NCBI GenBank assembly: GCA_049322915.1
Contig: JBMOPW010000034.1
Span: forward strand, 648,567-712,566
Reading direction: 5' to 3'
DNA length: 64,000 nucleotides
DNA from: Candidatus Zhuqueibacterota bacterium
Lineage (GTDB): Bacteria > Zhuqueibacterota > Zhuqueibacteria > Thermofontimicrobiales > Thermofontimicrobiaceae
Below, in pieces: positions 50,877 to 61,193 of this stretch. A program made the translations under genes and the position numbers. The notes below the pieces were generated by a model that did not search any database, had not been told where the DNA came from, and saw only the letters and a program-made list of their open reading frames with translations. Positions within the stretch are counted from its first letter, which is position 1. Each line of letters starts with the position of its first letter.

Positions 50877-51332
50877 TTATTCCAGGGACAACCAATTTTG
50901 CACAGCGTGGTTGAGCTGCTCCAGCACCTGTATCATCGATTTTTGATACTCGGCCGGGATATTCTGCATAATTTGTTCGTGAATTTTTTGATAATCCCTG
51001 ATGAGCTTTTTGGACAGATCCATTCCGGCGCCTGTGAGGGACAGGTTGTACACGCGGCGATCCGTCTCTCCAATATCACGGTTTACCAGCTTCTTACGAA
51101 CCAGGCCATCGACGATGCGGGTCACCCGGCTGCTGGTCAGCGACATTTTCTGGGCTAAGTGATTCACTGTCAGACTTTCATGCTCGTACAGCGTGCGCAA
51201 ACAGCGGAACTCCACAATGGAGACGCCGTACTTGGCCACATGCCGATTTTCTTTCTCATTGCAGTTTACAAATAACCGCGAGATGACTTCGGCGAGCTTG
51301 ACTGAATCCGGTTGGGAGAACGATTCGGACAT
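50877..51332 (-). CDS. MarR-family transcriptional regulator
   Basis: LA.KMSLTSSRVTRIVDGL..K.LV.R....DRRV..LSLT..G winged-helix pattern. Confidence 0.92.
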   Translation of the reverse strand: MSESFSQPDSVKLAEVISRLFVNCNEKENRHVAKYGVSIVEFRCLRTLYEHESLTVNHLAQKMSLTSSRVTRIVDGLVRKKLVNRDIGETDRRVYNLSLTGAGMDLSKKLIRDYQKIHEQIMQNIPAEYQKSMIQVLEQLNHAVQNWLSLE

Positions 51333-51479
51333 GATCTATTCTTTTTTGAAATGAATGTGTGTGAATACCCATCGGATGAATGAGCGAAATCCGCTGTCCG
51401 CAACCTGAAGCATTCAGCGCGGAGAGCGCTTCCATGTTCCATTCGATTCGATGCCATAGAGAGAAAAAGATAATACAGC

Positions 51480-51497
51480 AATAGTTGATAGTATCAA
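51480..51497. promoter_or_regulatory. Putative MarR operator upstream of marR
   Basis: AATAGTTGATAGTATCAA containing the perfect palindrome TTGATA-G-TATCAA. Confidence 0.6.
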
Positions 51498-51838
51498 ATA
51501 TTGTTGCAAAAATATAATGAAATGATACAGGAAAAGCAAGAACTTTTTTATCAAATTCAGTCATCGACGGAGCAAAAAGACGGCCGGTTTTGATCGGAAA
51601 ATCCATTGAATTTTTCAAAAGAATCGGTTATATTCTGTCATCCTGCAATCGGACGCCGGGGACTCCTGCCGGTGAGCATTTCACGGAACCATTCCCGACA
51701 ACGGCGGAGTTGCGCATTCGCTGCTTGTTGATGTTTCAATTTACCAGCTCTTTGCGCGGAGAACAATCACGTGCATCGCATGGCTGAGCTCTTTCCCATG
51801 CGCGGTCATGTTCGATGCTAAAATTTCAGGACAATGCA

Positions 51839-52537
51839 ATGAAGAAACATGCCATAAAATTAAAGACATTCGCTGCGATGAAATTGCCCGTAATACTGGT
51901 CATTTTCACGGTGCATTGCGCCACTGGAACCTATCCGATACACATCGGAGAATCGTTCATCAAAGATGGTCACGTGGGATCCTTCCACGGTGAAACGCAA
52001 ATTCAATCGCTGCCTCCGCAGACTGAATTTGCGACCACCGGCGTCTATTCCGAGCGCCAATTATTCATGGACGCCTACCCGGTGGTAAGAACTTATCACC
52101 CGAATACAGGTTTAACCTATACGCCATTGGCCAAAAAACTCGACTGCGCCGAGGGCAGTCTCATGCATGTCAACGGGAAAATCATTGCCATCCCGATTCA
52201 GTATCCCCGCATCAAAAAGACCGTTTCGTACCATGTGCTCGAAGCAGCGTCGTTCCGCATTACCGCCGATACGCGGGACATGGCGCAGCGTGTGACACGC
52301 GAATACCTGTCGATCCGGGAAAATCTGGAGCGGCAAATCCGCAGCAACGATTCGAATCTGTCCCTGTCGATTAAACCGAATTGGCTGAACTGGTACGACG
52401 AATCCAATGGCCAATATCTCATGACGTTTTTTCAATATGACCTCATGTACGCCGCAGCGATCGAATTCATTGTCAATGATGAAACAGGAAAAATCGAGTC
52501 GGTCTGGGCGAAACAATGGTTCAAAGGTGAACTGTGA
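51839..52537 (+). CDS. Hypothetical exported protein (possible lipoprotein)
   Basis: ORF fills the gap before the M14 gene; MKLPVILVIFTVHC is signal-like; start uncertain (51839 or 51878). Confidence 0.6.
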   Translation: MKKHAIKLKTFAAMKLPVILVIFTVHCATGTYPIHIGESFIKDGHVGSFHGETQIQSLPPQTEFATTGVYSERQLFMDAYPVVRTYHPNTGLTYTPLAKKLDCAEGSLMHVNGKIIAIPIQYPRIKKTVSYHVLEAASFRITADTRDMAQRVTREYLSIRENLERQIRSNDSNLSLSIKPNWLNWYDESNGQYLMTFFQYDLMYAAAIEFIVNDETGKIESVWAKQWFKGEL

Positions 52538-52588
52538 CATTCGCTATTTTGCATACTACCCACTAACCCAATCAGAGAGGAGCTTCGT

Positions 52589-55318
52589 GTGAAAATTAAA
52601 GCCGCGACAGTTTGGTTTCATCTGTTCTTACTCATCATCGTTCTTAACGCTTCCGCCCGCGATAAAAAGCTGATTCAGGTCGATCTCGCCGGAAAATCTC
52701 ATGACGAGATCCACCGGCTTCTGGCATTGAACCTGGACGTGGTATCGCTGAACAGGGGAAATAACACCGTTGACTTCATCGTTCACGATGACAATTTAGC
52801 GCTCATTCAATCCATGAATTTCCCCACTGTCACCAAAATTCCGAATCTATCCAATTATGAAACCGAGTTGCGGGACACCGGTTATCTGGACGATTTTCAT
52901 ACCTACGAGCAGACGCTCGAGGCCATGCAGACCGTGGCGGACAATTACCCGGACATCGCCCAATTGAACAACATTGGCAGCAGTTGGGAAACGGAACAGG
53001 GCATTGCTGAGCGGTATATCTGGGCGCTCAAAATATCGGACTCTGTGGCGACCGAAGAAGCTGAGCCTGAAGTATTGATTGTGGGTTGCCACCATGCCCG
53101 GGAAATCATCACCCCGGAGATTGTGCTTGCGCTGATGAATGTGCTGGTTGAAAATTACGGCAGCGATCCGTTCATCACCCATCTGATCGATCATCGCCAG
53201 ATCTGGCTGGTGCCCATTGTCAACCCGGATGGCTACACCTATGTTCTGACAGAGGATTTATGGTGGCGGAAAAACCGGCGTAACAACGGCGACGGCAGCT
53301 ATGGCGTGGATCTGAATCGCAACTACAGCTATCAATGGGGTTTGTTCGATAATTGGTACGTCAGTTCCAATACCAGCGATGATGTCTATCGTGGGCCGGC
53401 CCCGTTTTCCGAACCGGAACTGCTGGCTATCAAACAACTGATGGAATCCCATCATTTCCTGGTTGCGCTTTCATTTCATAGCTATGCCCAGGAAGTGCTG
53501 TATCCGTGGGGCTACCAGACAAGTTATACGCCGGATCATTCTGTTTTCTCGGCGCTGGCGGACTCCATAGCTCATTACAACGGCTACGGCAAAGGCACTT
53601 CATGGGAGGCGCTGGGCTCGTCCTATCTGACCAATGGAAGCTCTGAGGACTGGTTCTACGGCGATACCTCATCCAAAAATAAATGCTTTCAATTGACGCT
53701 CGAAGTTGGCACGTCTTTTCACCCGACGCCGGAGGAGGTGCCGGGACAGATCTCCGAAAATATCGGCCCATGTTTGTACGCAGCGTACGCAGTTGGCGAG
53801 GAGCCGCTCATTTACCACTCTCCCCTGCCGGATTGCGAGCACGACGGCCCCTACTCCGTCGTCGCCCGAATTACGCCGCCGGTCATTCTGACCAGTCCGG
53901 TTGATCTGGATGAAACGGAGTTCACGGTGTACTTCAACGGCACAGGGCAGGCGCCATTCGATTCCGTTCACATGACCGCGACCGGAAATCCGGATGAGTA
54001 CAGCGCTGAAATTCCTGGTATCCCCACTTCGGATATCATTTACTACTTCATCAGCGCGTCCGACGAATTGCACCGGACAGGCGCGGCGCCGCGCGGCGCT
54101 CCCATGGCATGCTATTCGTTCAACACAGGGCTGGACACTCAGGCGCCGGTGATTACCCATACGCCGCTCCATCATTTCTCCGTTTACACCGAAGAGTTTG
54201 CTGTGAATGCGCAGGCGGATGACAATATCGGCATTGCCAGCGTCTGGCTTGTTTACAGGAAGAATGACGACGCGCCTGATAGCCTCGCCATGAACCCCAC
54301 CGGTCTTGCGAACGAATACCAGGCCCGGATTAAAAATGACAATCCCCTGGTTGGCGATTACTACGATTACCGGATTATCGCAACTGACATTTCTGCGAAT
54401 CGGAACCAGACCTATCTGCCAGCAGTCGGCTACCATCGATTTTACCTGTTGAACAGCCTTCAGTACGATTTTGAACTGGAAGCATCATTCACAATGAACT
54501 CCGGCGACTGGCAATGGGGCATTCCCACATCCGGCCCGAATCAGGCCCATTCCGGCTCGAACGTATGGGCGACTAATTTGTCCGGGAATTATAACGACGC
54601 GACAGAATCCATTCTCGATACGCCGGAATTCGACCTGACCGGCCTGGACTCCACGCGCATCACCTTCTGGCACTGGTACGAGAACGAATACAGCAGCAAG
54701 GTGTACTGGGATGGTGGGAATATCAAAATCTCCGTGAATGGCAGTGGTTTTCAGATCATCGAGCCGGAAGACGGCTACGACGGGATTGTGGACACGTACA
54801 ACACAATAATAGGTGGTGAACCCTGTTTCGGCGGCCCGGTGACAACCGGTAATTTCTGGCATCAGGAGACCATTGATCTCTCGCTGTACAAAGATCAACG
54901 CGTCAAACTCCGCTTCCATTTTGGGTCCGATCAGTACACAACAACCAACGGCTGGTACATTGACGATGTGGAAATTCTGTTCAAGTCTTCCACTGGTATT
55001 GAACAGGGACGGCCGAATACCGTGCAGTACGCCTTTGAGTTGGCTCAGAACTATCCCAACCCCTTCAATCCGGCTACGGAAATCAATTACAGCCTGGACC
55101 AACCGGGATTCGTTCGCCTGCGGATTTACAACGTTCTGGGACAGCATGTAGCAACCCTCGTCAGCGAGCCCAAAGCGACGGGGCGCCACCGCATTTTGTG
55201 GCATGGAACCGATGATAACAACGCCATCGTTTCCAGCGGAATTTACTTCTGCGAGTTACGAATTGAAGATAGGAGCGGTGACAGGGTTGCCATTAAAAAA
55301 ATAGTAAAAATGGAATGA
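52589..55318 (+). CDS. M14 zinc carboxypeptidase (carboxypeptidase T-like) with Ig-like and immune-inhibitor-A-like domains and a C-terminal sorting domain
   Basis: HHARE, NPDG, WRKNR, GVDLNRNY, FSEPE, SFHSY, LEVG; GWYIDDV; LAQNYPNPFNP; GAGGAG RBS. Confidence 0.92.
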   Translation: MKIKAATVWFHLFLLIIVLNASARDKKLIQVDLAGKSHDEIHRLLALNLDVVSLNRGNNTVDFIVHDDNLALIQSMNFPTVTKIPNLSNYETELRDTGYLDDFHTYEQTLEAMQTVADNYPDIAQLNNIGSSWETEQGIAERYIWALKISDSVATEEAEPEVLIVGCHHAREIITPEIVLALMNVLVENYGSDPFITHLIDHRQIWLVPIVNPDGYTYVLTEDLWWRKNRRNNGDGSYGVDLNRNYSYQWGLFDNWYVSSNTSDDVYRGPAPFSEPELLAIKQLMESHHFLVALSFHSYAQEVLYPWGYQTSYTPDHSVFSALADSIAHYNGYGKGTSWEALGSSYLTNGSSEDWFYGDTSSKNKCFQLTLEVGTSFHPTPEEVPGQISENIGPCLYAAYAVGEEPLIYHSPLPDCEHDGPYSVVARITPPVILTSPVDLDETEFTVYFNGTGQAPFDSVHMTATGNPDEYSAEIPGIPTSDIIYYFISASDELHRTGAAPRGAPMACYSFNTGLDTQAPVITHTPLHHFSVYTEEFAVNAQADDNIGIASVWLVYRKNDDAPDSLAMNPTGLANEYQARIKNDNPLVGDYYDYRIIATDISANRNQTYLPAVGYHRFYLLNSLQYDFELEASFTMNSGDWQWGIPTSGPNQAHSGSNVWATNLSGNYNDATESILDTPEFDLTGLDSTRITFWHWYENEYSSKVYWDGGNIKISVNGSGFQIIEPEDGYDGIVDTYNTIIGGEPCFGGPVTTGNFWHQETIDLSLYKDQRVKLRFHFGSDQYTTTNGWYIDDVEILFKSSTGIEQGRPNTVQYAFELAQNYPNPFNPATEINYSLDQPGFVRLRIYNVLGQHVATLVSEPKATGRHRILWHGTDDNNAIVSSGIYFCELRIEDRSGDRVAIKKIVKME

Positions 55319-55801
55319 TGCTGAATTCACAGATTCCAGAGCCAGCGCGCGAATGGAAAATACAGACCGTCTGTGACTCTCGCGCGCTTTGTCTTCCATC
55401 CCGAGGCCGTGATGGATAAAGACTTCCGGCCAGATCCCGGCAACAGGGCTGCAATAACATTTTTGAAAGACTCCGGCGATCTGAGGTAATTGCTATCTCA
55501 ATTGGTTGCTCCCACTGGTCGCAGAGAACCTCAGATGCTGATGATGAAAGCGGCACGATTTCTGCTGTACGTCAATGGATTCATACCAGTTCATGCCACG
55601 CATTCGCAGCGCATCAAAGGCCGACGTTGCAGCAGGTTGAAAATGAGACTGGTCTTTTTTTTAACTAACTTCATTTGATAATTTATAGTTAAATTGCATT
55701 AAACAGAAAAGATATTTGATTTTAATAGTGTTGAGCAACTTAATTCCTTTTAGAGTGAAAATTAATTTTTTGCAACGAATGTACATTTTTTGTTGATCGG
55801 C

Positions 55802-55830
55802 TTGACATTCATAATTTATTTTTGTAAATT
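55802..55830 (+). promoter_or_regulatory. sigma70-like promoter
   Basis: TTGACA-N17-TAAATT upstream of 55951. Confidence 0.55.
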
Positions 55831-55950
55831 TTCGAAAACATTAAAGGTAGACACCGAATTCAAAATGCATTTTCAGGGTGTCTTCGCTGAACTGAAGTCG
55901 ATTACTTCCCTGACTTAACGGATATTTGGGATTAAAGAGAAGTGTAATTT

Positions 55951-58002
55951 ATGAATATTGGACGCACGAACACACAGCACAGGATGGGGGCAACTATTAT
56001 TCTGCTGATATTGTTGGCGACGTTGATGTTCAGTTGCCAAAACCGGGAATTGGCGCGGCTGCCGAACGACCGGCTGAAATTCAACATAGATGAGTTAGCG
56101 GATTCCTTCGAGGTGGCCGGTCCGGTCTATTCGCTGTCCATTGATAAAGCGACAGCGCTGGTGCGTCTTTCCGATTACAATTCGCGCGAATACACATCGT
56201 TTCCGTTGGATGTCTCGTTCGATCTGACCGGGCCCAATGAAACCCGGAGCGCTAAAAAACAGTGGCAGCTTAAAAGCCGTACCATCACGCTGCAGTACCT
56301 GCGCGACTCCGCTGTTATTCAGGAGATCAGCGTATTGTGCGAGCGCGATAATTTGAAAATCCAGATCAGCCGAAAACTCCCATCACAACTTCACACCGGG
56401 GTGTATTTGCTGCGCAACGACGAGCGGGGCATCGACGATGTGCAATGGACTCAATATTTTTCACCAGAACCGGATGATTATCTCAAGCCAAATCCCACGG
56501 TCGATGCCCGCGTGGATCAGGACCAGCAATGGATATTTGTCCCGGCGCCGCTGAATCTCTCCTTCAAATCCGATGCCGGCTGGTTCAGCATTGGTCTGGC
56601 AGAACTTCCCGACGCCCTGGTGTATGCTTTCAGGAACAATGCGTTGTGGCTGGATTATCCCTGGAAAAGCATGATCGCCTCATCAGCAGAGTTATTCAAA
56701 TTCCCCGGCCTCATTTTCACGTTCAACGAAACACCCTGGCAGGCAGTAGGCCAGTATATCGATGAAGTGAATGCCAAATATCCCCCGAAAAAAGCAACAG
56801 AGTCGAACATTGATACAAAGTGGTGGCATCGTCCGCTGGTGTCAACGTGGGGAGAGCAGTTGTTGTACAGCTTCACTTTTGACAACGAAAATTTCAATGA
56901 AGGCTGGGTGAAAGATTACATTTCCCAACAGCAGCAATTATTGGATAGCATTCGATTCACGATTATCATCGAAGATAAATGGTCCCGCGCCTACGGCGAT
57001 CCCTATCCAGCCAGCCGTTTCAAGAATCTGCGGAGCCTCATCGATTGGTGCCATGATCATGGCCATAAAGTGATATTATTCTGGCGGTCCTGGAAGGTCG
57101 AGGCAAAATCACTGGCAATTGATTTGAGTATTTCCGACGGAGAATACGTGGATGCCACCCATCCGGCATTCGAAAGTTATGTGGACTCATGCTGCCAGGT
57201 GATGCTCGGCAACGGACAGAACGAGTTGAACGCGGACGGCCTGAAAATGGATCATCTGTTTTTAGTGCGCGATACCGAAACCGCTCACTATGCCAATCCC
57301 AATGCTGGAATGGGCTTGAAAGAGCTTCATCATTATCTGGCGACGTTCTACCAGCGCGCGAAACAATATAAACCGGATGCGCTCATCATTGGCTCTGCCA
57401 TTGATCCGCATTTTGCCGATGTGCAGGATATGGTTCGCATTGGCGATGACTGGGACAACAAAGTCCGGCGGGAAAAACGGGCGAGGATTATCACCGAGGC
57501 GCTGCCGGGGAAATTGCTCTGCGCTGACGCAGCAGCGATGTACAATAAAATTTGCCATTACCATTACGTCACCGCTTCGCTGTACGGCATTCCGGTCATC
57601 TGTTATTCGAACAAATTTCAGGACGGCGATATCACCCCGCTCAGCCGGGAAATCATGCTTCAGCTTCTGAAATTCTCACAGAATAAACCGGCGGGAAAAG
57701 TGCAGTTTGTGGATTATGGTCATTGGCAAATCGTGGATGGCAGAAATGAAGTGTTGACGGAATCGACATTGTCCGGCAAAGGAATTATTCATTACGATAA
57801 TGACAGCCGGGCCACGCTCTACTGCGCTGAGAACAGCGATTTGCATCTGGTTCTCGAGCGGCATCTGCTTTTGAAAATTCTGGATGCAGGGAAAAATTCA
57901 ATTGAATTCAGCGACCTGGGCCACGGCATTTACCGCATTCCGCATCTTCAGGAAGGCAGCAGCTACACTGTTCATATCCGGAAAATACCGGAATTGCGCT
58001 GA
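55951..58002 (+). CDS. Lipoprotein with a putative clan GH-D (GH27/GH36/GH31-like) TIM-barrel glycosidase domain
   Basis: Lipobox-like MFSC; STW, IIEDKW, L..LID.CH..G.KVILFW, YVDATHP, DGLKMD, RIGDD. Confidence 0.65.
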   Translation: MNIGRTNTQHRMGATIILLILLATLMFSCQNRELARLPNDRLKFNIDELADSFEVAGPVYSLSIDKATALVRLSDYNSREYTSFPLDVSFDLTGPNETRSAKKQWQLKSRTITLQYLRDSAVIQEISVLCERDNLKIQISRKLPSQLHTGVYLLRNDERGIDDVQWTQYFSPEPDDYLKPNPTVDARVDQDQQWIFVPAPLNLSFKSDAGWFSIGLAELPDALVYAFRNNALWLDYPWKSMIASSAELFKFPGLIFTFNETPWQAVGQYIDEVNAKYPPKKATESNIDTKWWHRPLVSTWGEQLLYSFTFDNENFNEGWVKDYISQQQQLLDSIRFTIIIEDKWSRAYGDPYPASRFKNLRSLIDWCHDHGHKVILFWRSWKVEAKSLAIDLSISDGEYVDATHPAFESYVDSCCQVMLGNGQNELNADGLKMDHLFLVRDTETAHYANPNAGMGLKELHHYLATFYQRAKQYKPDALIIGSAIDPHFADVQDMVRIGDDWDNKVRREKRARIITEALPGKLLCADAAAMYNKICHYHYVTASLYGIPVICYSNKFQDGDITPLSREIMLQLLKFSQNKPAGKVQFVDYGHWQIVDGRNEVLTESTLSGKGIIHYDNDSRATLYCAENSDLHLVLERHLLLKILDAGKNSIEFSDLGHGIYRIPHLQEGSSYTVHIRKIPELR

Positions 58003-58051
58003 AAAATCGCGGACAGACAGTTGCAGAAAAAAAGCATCGAGTCACACAAAC

Positions 58052-58084
58052 AAAGCCACGAGGCATTCGTCTTCGTGGCTTTTT
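58052..58084. terminator. Bidirectional terminator
   Basis: AAAGCCACGA...TCGTGGCTTTTT between convergent genes. Confidence 0.75.
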
Positions 58085-58090
58085 CATTTC

Positions 58091-59677
58091 TCATCGGACG
58101 GCTGACGGAATCAGCCGCACCAATCGCTGTTTCAGATTGCGCGGTCCCCACACGAATATGAATGCCACGTAAAGCAGAAGTGTCGCCGCGCCCACAATCG
58201 AGAGGCTCACCGTATGTTGCATGAATGCCGAATGAAATTTCGGCTCCAGGTACGGTTGAATCAGGCGATGAAAGAGAAGATAAATGACGACACCCACAAT
58301 CAGGCTATTGACGCCCAATTTCAGCAAATCGAAAAGTATCTCCCGCGTGTTCAATTGCGGCCCGACCTCCTTTTTCAAAAAATGATACAGCAGCAGGCAA
58401 CTGAAACTGAATGTGATGGATGACGCCAGTGCAATTCCGCCATGCTTCAGCGCTGTTCTGACCAGCAGAAAATCCAGAAGGATATTGATGGACACCGAAA
58501 AAATAGCGATGTAGAGAGGGATTTTATTTTTCTGGTAAATGGAAAACAATCGCGAAAAGAAGGTGTTGACGCTCAAACCCAATAATCCAATGGAATAGCA
58601 CCAAAACGCGATGGCCGTGAGGTTGGTGCTGGCTGCGTCAAAAGAGCCGCGCTGATACACAATCGCGATGATTGGCTGAGCCATGACGACCATGTACGTG
58701 ATGGTCGGTAAGATCATGGCAAAATTCAATTGAATGCCGAGGTGAATGCCCTGAATGAATTCTTCGTCCCTGACTTGCGCTTTTTTCTCGGTCAAATACG
58801 GAATGAGCGAGCGGCTGATGGCCAGACCGATAATCGCCACAGGCAGTTGGATGAGCCGTTGGGCGAACCAAAGGGAAGCGATGCTGCCGGCGATGAGATA
58901 CGAGGCCAGAATCCGATCAACAATTTCGATCGATTTATCCAGGAACGATTTGAGGAAAATGAAACCACTCTCCCGGCCTACCACCCGAAACTCGGATTGC
59001 TTTAAGTCGATGCCGGGAAAAAAGCGCGCCTGTGTTTCCTTTCGAATGGACGGATGCCACAGGTATGGGATTTGAATGATCAATTCCAGCAGTCCGCCCA
59101 GGAGAAATCCGGCAGGCAAGGCGTATATCCCCAGGCTCGATTTGAATAAAATAATCCCCAGCATCACGCCGACGCTCATCATGGCTGGCGCCAGACTGTA
59201 AATTTTATTCATTTCAAAAAAGTTGAGCACGCTGCCCACAAACGCCGCCAGTCCGATGATGAACATGAACGGCAGAATCCAGTAGGTCATGGCGATGGCC
59301 TTGGGAAAAAAATCATCTTCCAGACCCGGAGCAATGGCTTTCACGATGAGCGGGGCAAAAAGATAGAGCAGGGCTAACAGCACCAGCAGGACAATGATCA
59401 TCCCGTTCAAACAGGAAGAAAGCAGACGCCAGCCGGCAGCGTGCTTTCCCTGACTGAGCAATTTTTTGAAGGGCGGCATGAATGCCCGCTCGACCACATC
59501 CTCGCCCAGGAAATGCCGGAAGAATGTGGGAATGGTGAAGGCGATGACGAACAAATCCATGGCCCGGTGCGTGCCGTAGTATGCCGCAGTGATCAACTCC
59601 CGAACAAAACCTAGTACCCGGGAGATAAACGTACCGGTCACAAGGTCCACTAAATTTTTCATTATTCGATTGGACAT
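58091..59677 (-). CDS. murJ: Lipid II flippase MurJ (MviN)
   Basis: SRVLGFVRE, D.F..AFTIP.FFR, AF.P.F, RLIQLP, YQRG.FD, GIALASS; start ATG 59677. Confidence 0.9.
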   Translation of the reverse strand: MSNRIMKNLVDLVTGTFISRVLGFVRELITAAYYGTHRAMDLFVIAFTIPTFFRHFLGEDVVERAFMPPFKKLLSQGKHAAGWRLLSSCLNGMIIVLLVLLALLYLFAPLIVKAIAPGLEDDFFPKAIAMTYWILPFMFIIGLAAFVGSVLNFFEMNKIYSLAPAMMSVGVMLGIILFKSSLGIYALPAGFLLGGLLELIIQIPYLWHPSIRKETQARFFPGIDLKQSEFRVVGRESGFIFLKSFLDKSIEIVDRILASYLIAGSIASLWFAQRLIQLPVAIIGLAISRSLIPYLTEKKAQVRDEEFIQGIHLGIQLNFAMILPTITYMVVMAQPIIAIVYQRGSFDAASTNLTAIAFWCYSIGLLGLSVNTFFSRLFSIYQKNKIPLYIAIFSVSINILLDFLLVRTALKHGGIALASSITFSFSCLLLYHFLKKEVGPQLNTREILFDLLKLGVNSLIVGVVIYLLFHRLIQPYLEPKFHSAFMQHTVSLSIVGAATLLLYVAFIFVWGPRNLKQRLVRLIPSAVR

Positions 59678-59924
59678 GAATACCCACTGCAATTGAATTT
59701 GCGATTCAGGATGAACTGAGGCCGATGAATGACTCCGTTCGATGCACCTGAAATTCGCGTCGTTCACAGTGCATCGCTGATCTGATCGGCGCGCCAATAT
59801 ACAGTTTTTTTTATTCAGTTCAAAGAAAATTTTCAGTCATACCTTGCTCTCCAGCCTGCGCTACCCGGGATAGCATTGGTACCCGGCCGGCGGACAACGA
59901 TTTGCCGCTTGCGCCAAATAATTC

Positions 59925-59953
59925 TTGACAAACATGTATTATATTCCTATATT
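59925..59953 (+). promoter_or_regulatory. sigma70-like promoter for the patatin gene
   Basis: TTGACA-N17-TATATT. Confidence 0.6.
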
Positions 59954-60050
59954 TTGAAAATTTTTTAAAAAATGAAATAATCATCCTAGTTCGGATGCTG
60001 GTTCGAAATTCCTGTTTCAGATTAAAAACACAGCGTCATGAGGGGGGTCT

Positions 60051-60950
60051 TTGTTCCATCAACCCAAAATTGGATTGGCACTCGGCGGCGGAGGCGCCCG
60101 CGGGTTTGCTCATCTCGGCGTGTTGCAGATACTCGAACGTGAAAAAGTGCCATTTCATCTGATTACCGGTTCGAGCGCCGGCGCGCTCGTGGGCAGCCTG
60201 TATGCTTTTCACCCGGATGCTGCGCTGGTGGAGAAAAAAATCCGTCACTATATCGCCAGCCCGGAATTCAAAAAGCTCGGCGTCAGCCATTTGATGAACA
60301 AGAAGGAGTCCGACAACACCGTGTTCTCGCAGGTTGTCACCTATCTCAAGGAAAGGATCATCATCAACCTTGCGCACAGTCGGACTTCTTTGCTGAACAA
60401 CAAGCGGCTGTTCTCATCCTACGCGACCTTGCTGGATTGCCAGGACATCAAAAGGTCCGTGATTGAACTCGGCGTGGTGGCCGCGGATTTAATCAGCGGC
60501 CGCGATATTCTCTTCACCTCCGGCGATCTCATCCGCGCGGTCACTGCGAGCAGTTCGCTGCCGGGATTTCTGCCGCCGATGAAGTACATGAATTATTTAT
60601 TGCTGGATGGCTGTGTCACGCAGCCGGTTCCGGTGAGCGCAGCCCATTCCATGGGAGCGCAGGTGGTCATTGCCGTGGATGTCTCCCAGGATGTGCCGCC
60701 GCAGAACGAATTCGACAACATCCTTGAAATAATGGCCAGAACCAACCTGATGACCAGTCAGACGCTCAACATGCTGCAATTGGAAAAAGCGGACGTTGTC
60801 ATCAAGCCGGCCGTGGGAATGCATCACTGGTCTGAATTCGATAAGCTGGATTACTTCATCCAGCAGGGACAGAAAGCCGCACTGGCTGCTATTTCGAACA
60901 TCAAAAAAGTGACGAGGCGTCGCTTTATAAAAATTTCTCAGAGATGGTAA
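60051..60950 (+). CDS. Patatin-like phospholipase (RssA/NTE family)
   Basis: LALGGGGARG.AH.GVL, GSSAG, ASSSLPG, LLDG. Confidence 0.92.
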   Translation: MFHQPKIGLALGGGGARGFAHLGVLQILEREKVPFHLITGSSAGALVGSLYAFHPDAALVEKKIRHYIASPEFKKLGVSHLMNKKESDNTVFSQVVTYLKERIIINLAHSRTSLLNNKRLFSSYATLLDCQDIKRSVIELGVVAADLISGRDILFTSGDLIRAVTASSSLPGFLPPMKYMNYLLLDGCVTQPVPVSAAHSMGAQVVIAVDVSQDVPPQNEFDNILEIMARTNLMTSQTLNMLQLEKADVVIKPAVGMHHWSEFDKLDYFIQQGQKAALAAISNIKKVTRRRFIKISQRW

Positions 60951-61038
60951 AATTCAATGCATTCTTAATACATACCCAATGATGCACTGACCTTTCGGGT
61001 CATCCCGGTCGGGACCGATATTTCATGGAAACCGAGCA

Positions 61039-61054
61039 TGGCGCTTCTCTTGCG
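61039..61054 (+). promoter_or_regulatory. Possible sigma54 promoter
   Basis: TGGCGCTTCTCTTGCG (GG-N10-GC), about 140 nt upstream of the lipoprotein gene. Confidence 0.35.
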
Positions 61055-61193
61055 GAAGCACCATGCAAGTGAAAAAAAATCCCGACTCTCCTGTTCTTTG
61101 TCTCTGTAGCAACGACTGCAACACATGGGTGGGGACAATGGGCCAGTCGCATCATTTGGGCATCCAATCATTCCATAGTTAAGGGAGAATTAC

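Noticed and set aside
60051..60950. Patatin as a CBASS-type defence effector
   Set aside because: RssA/NTE-type housekeeping motifs and no adjacent cyclase or other defence genes
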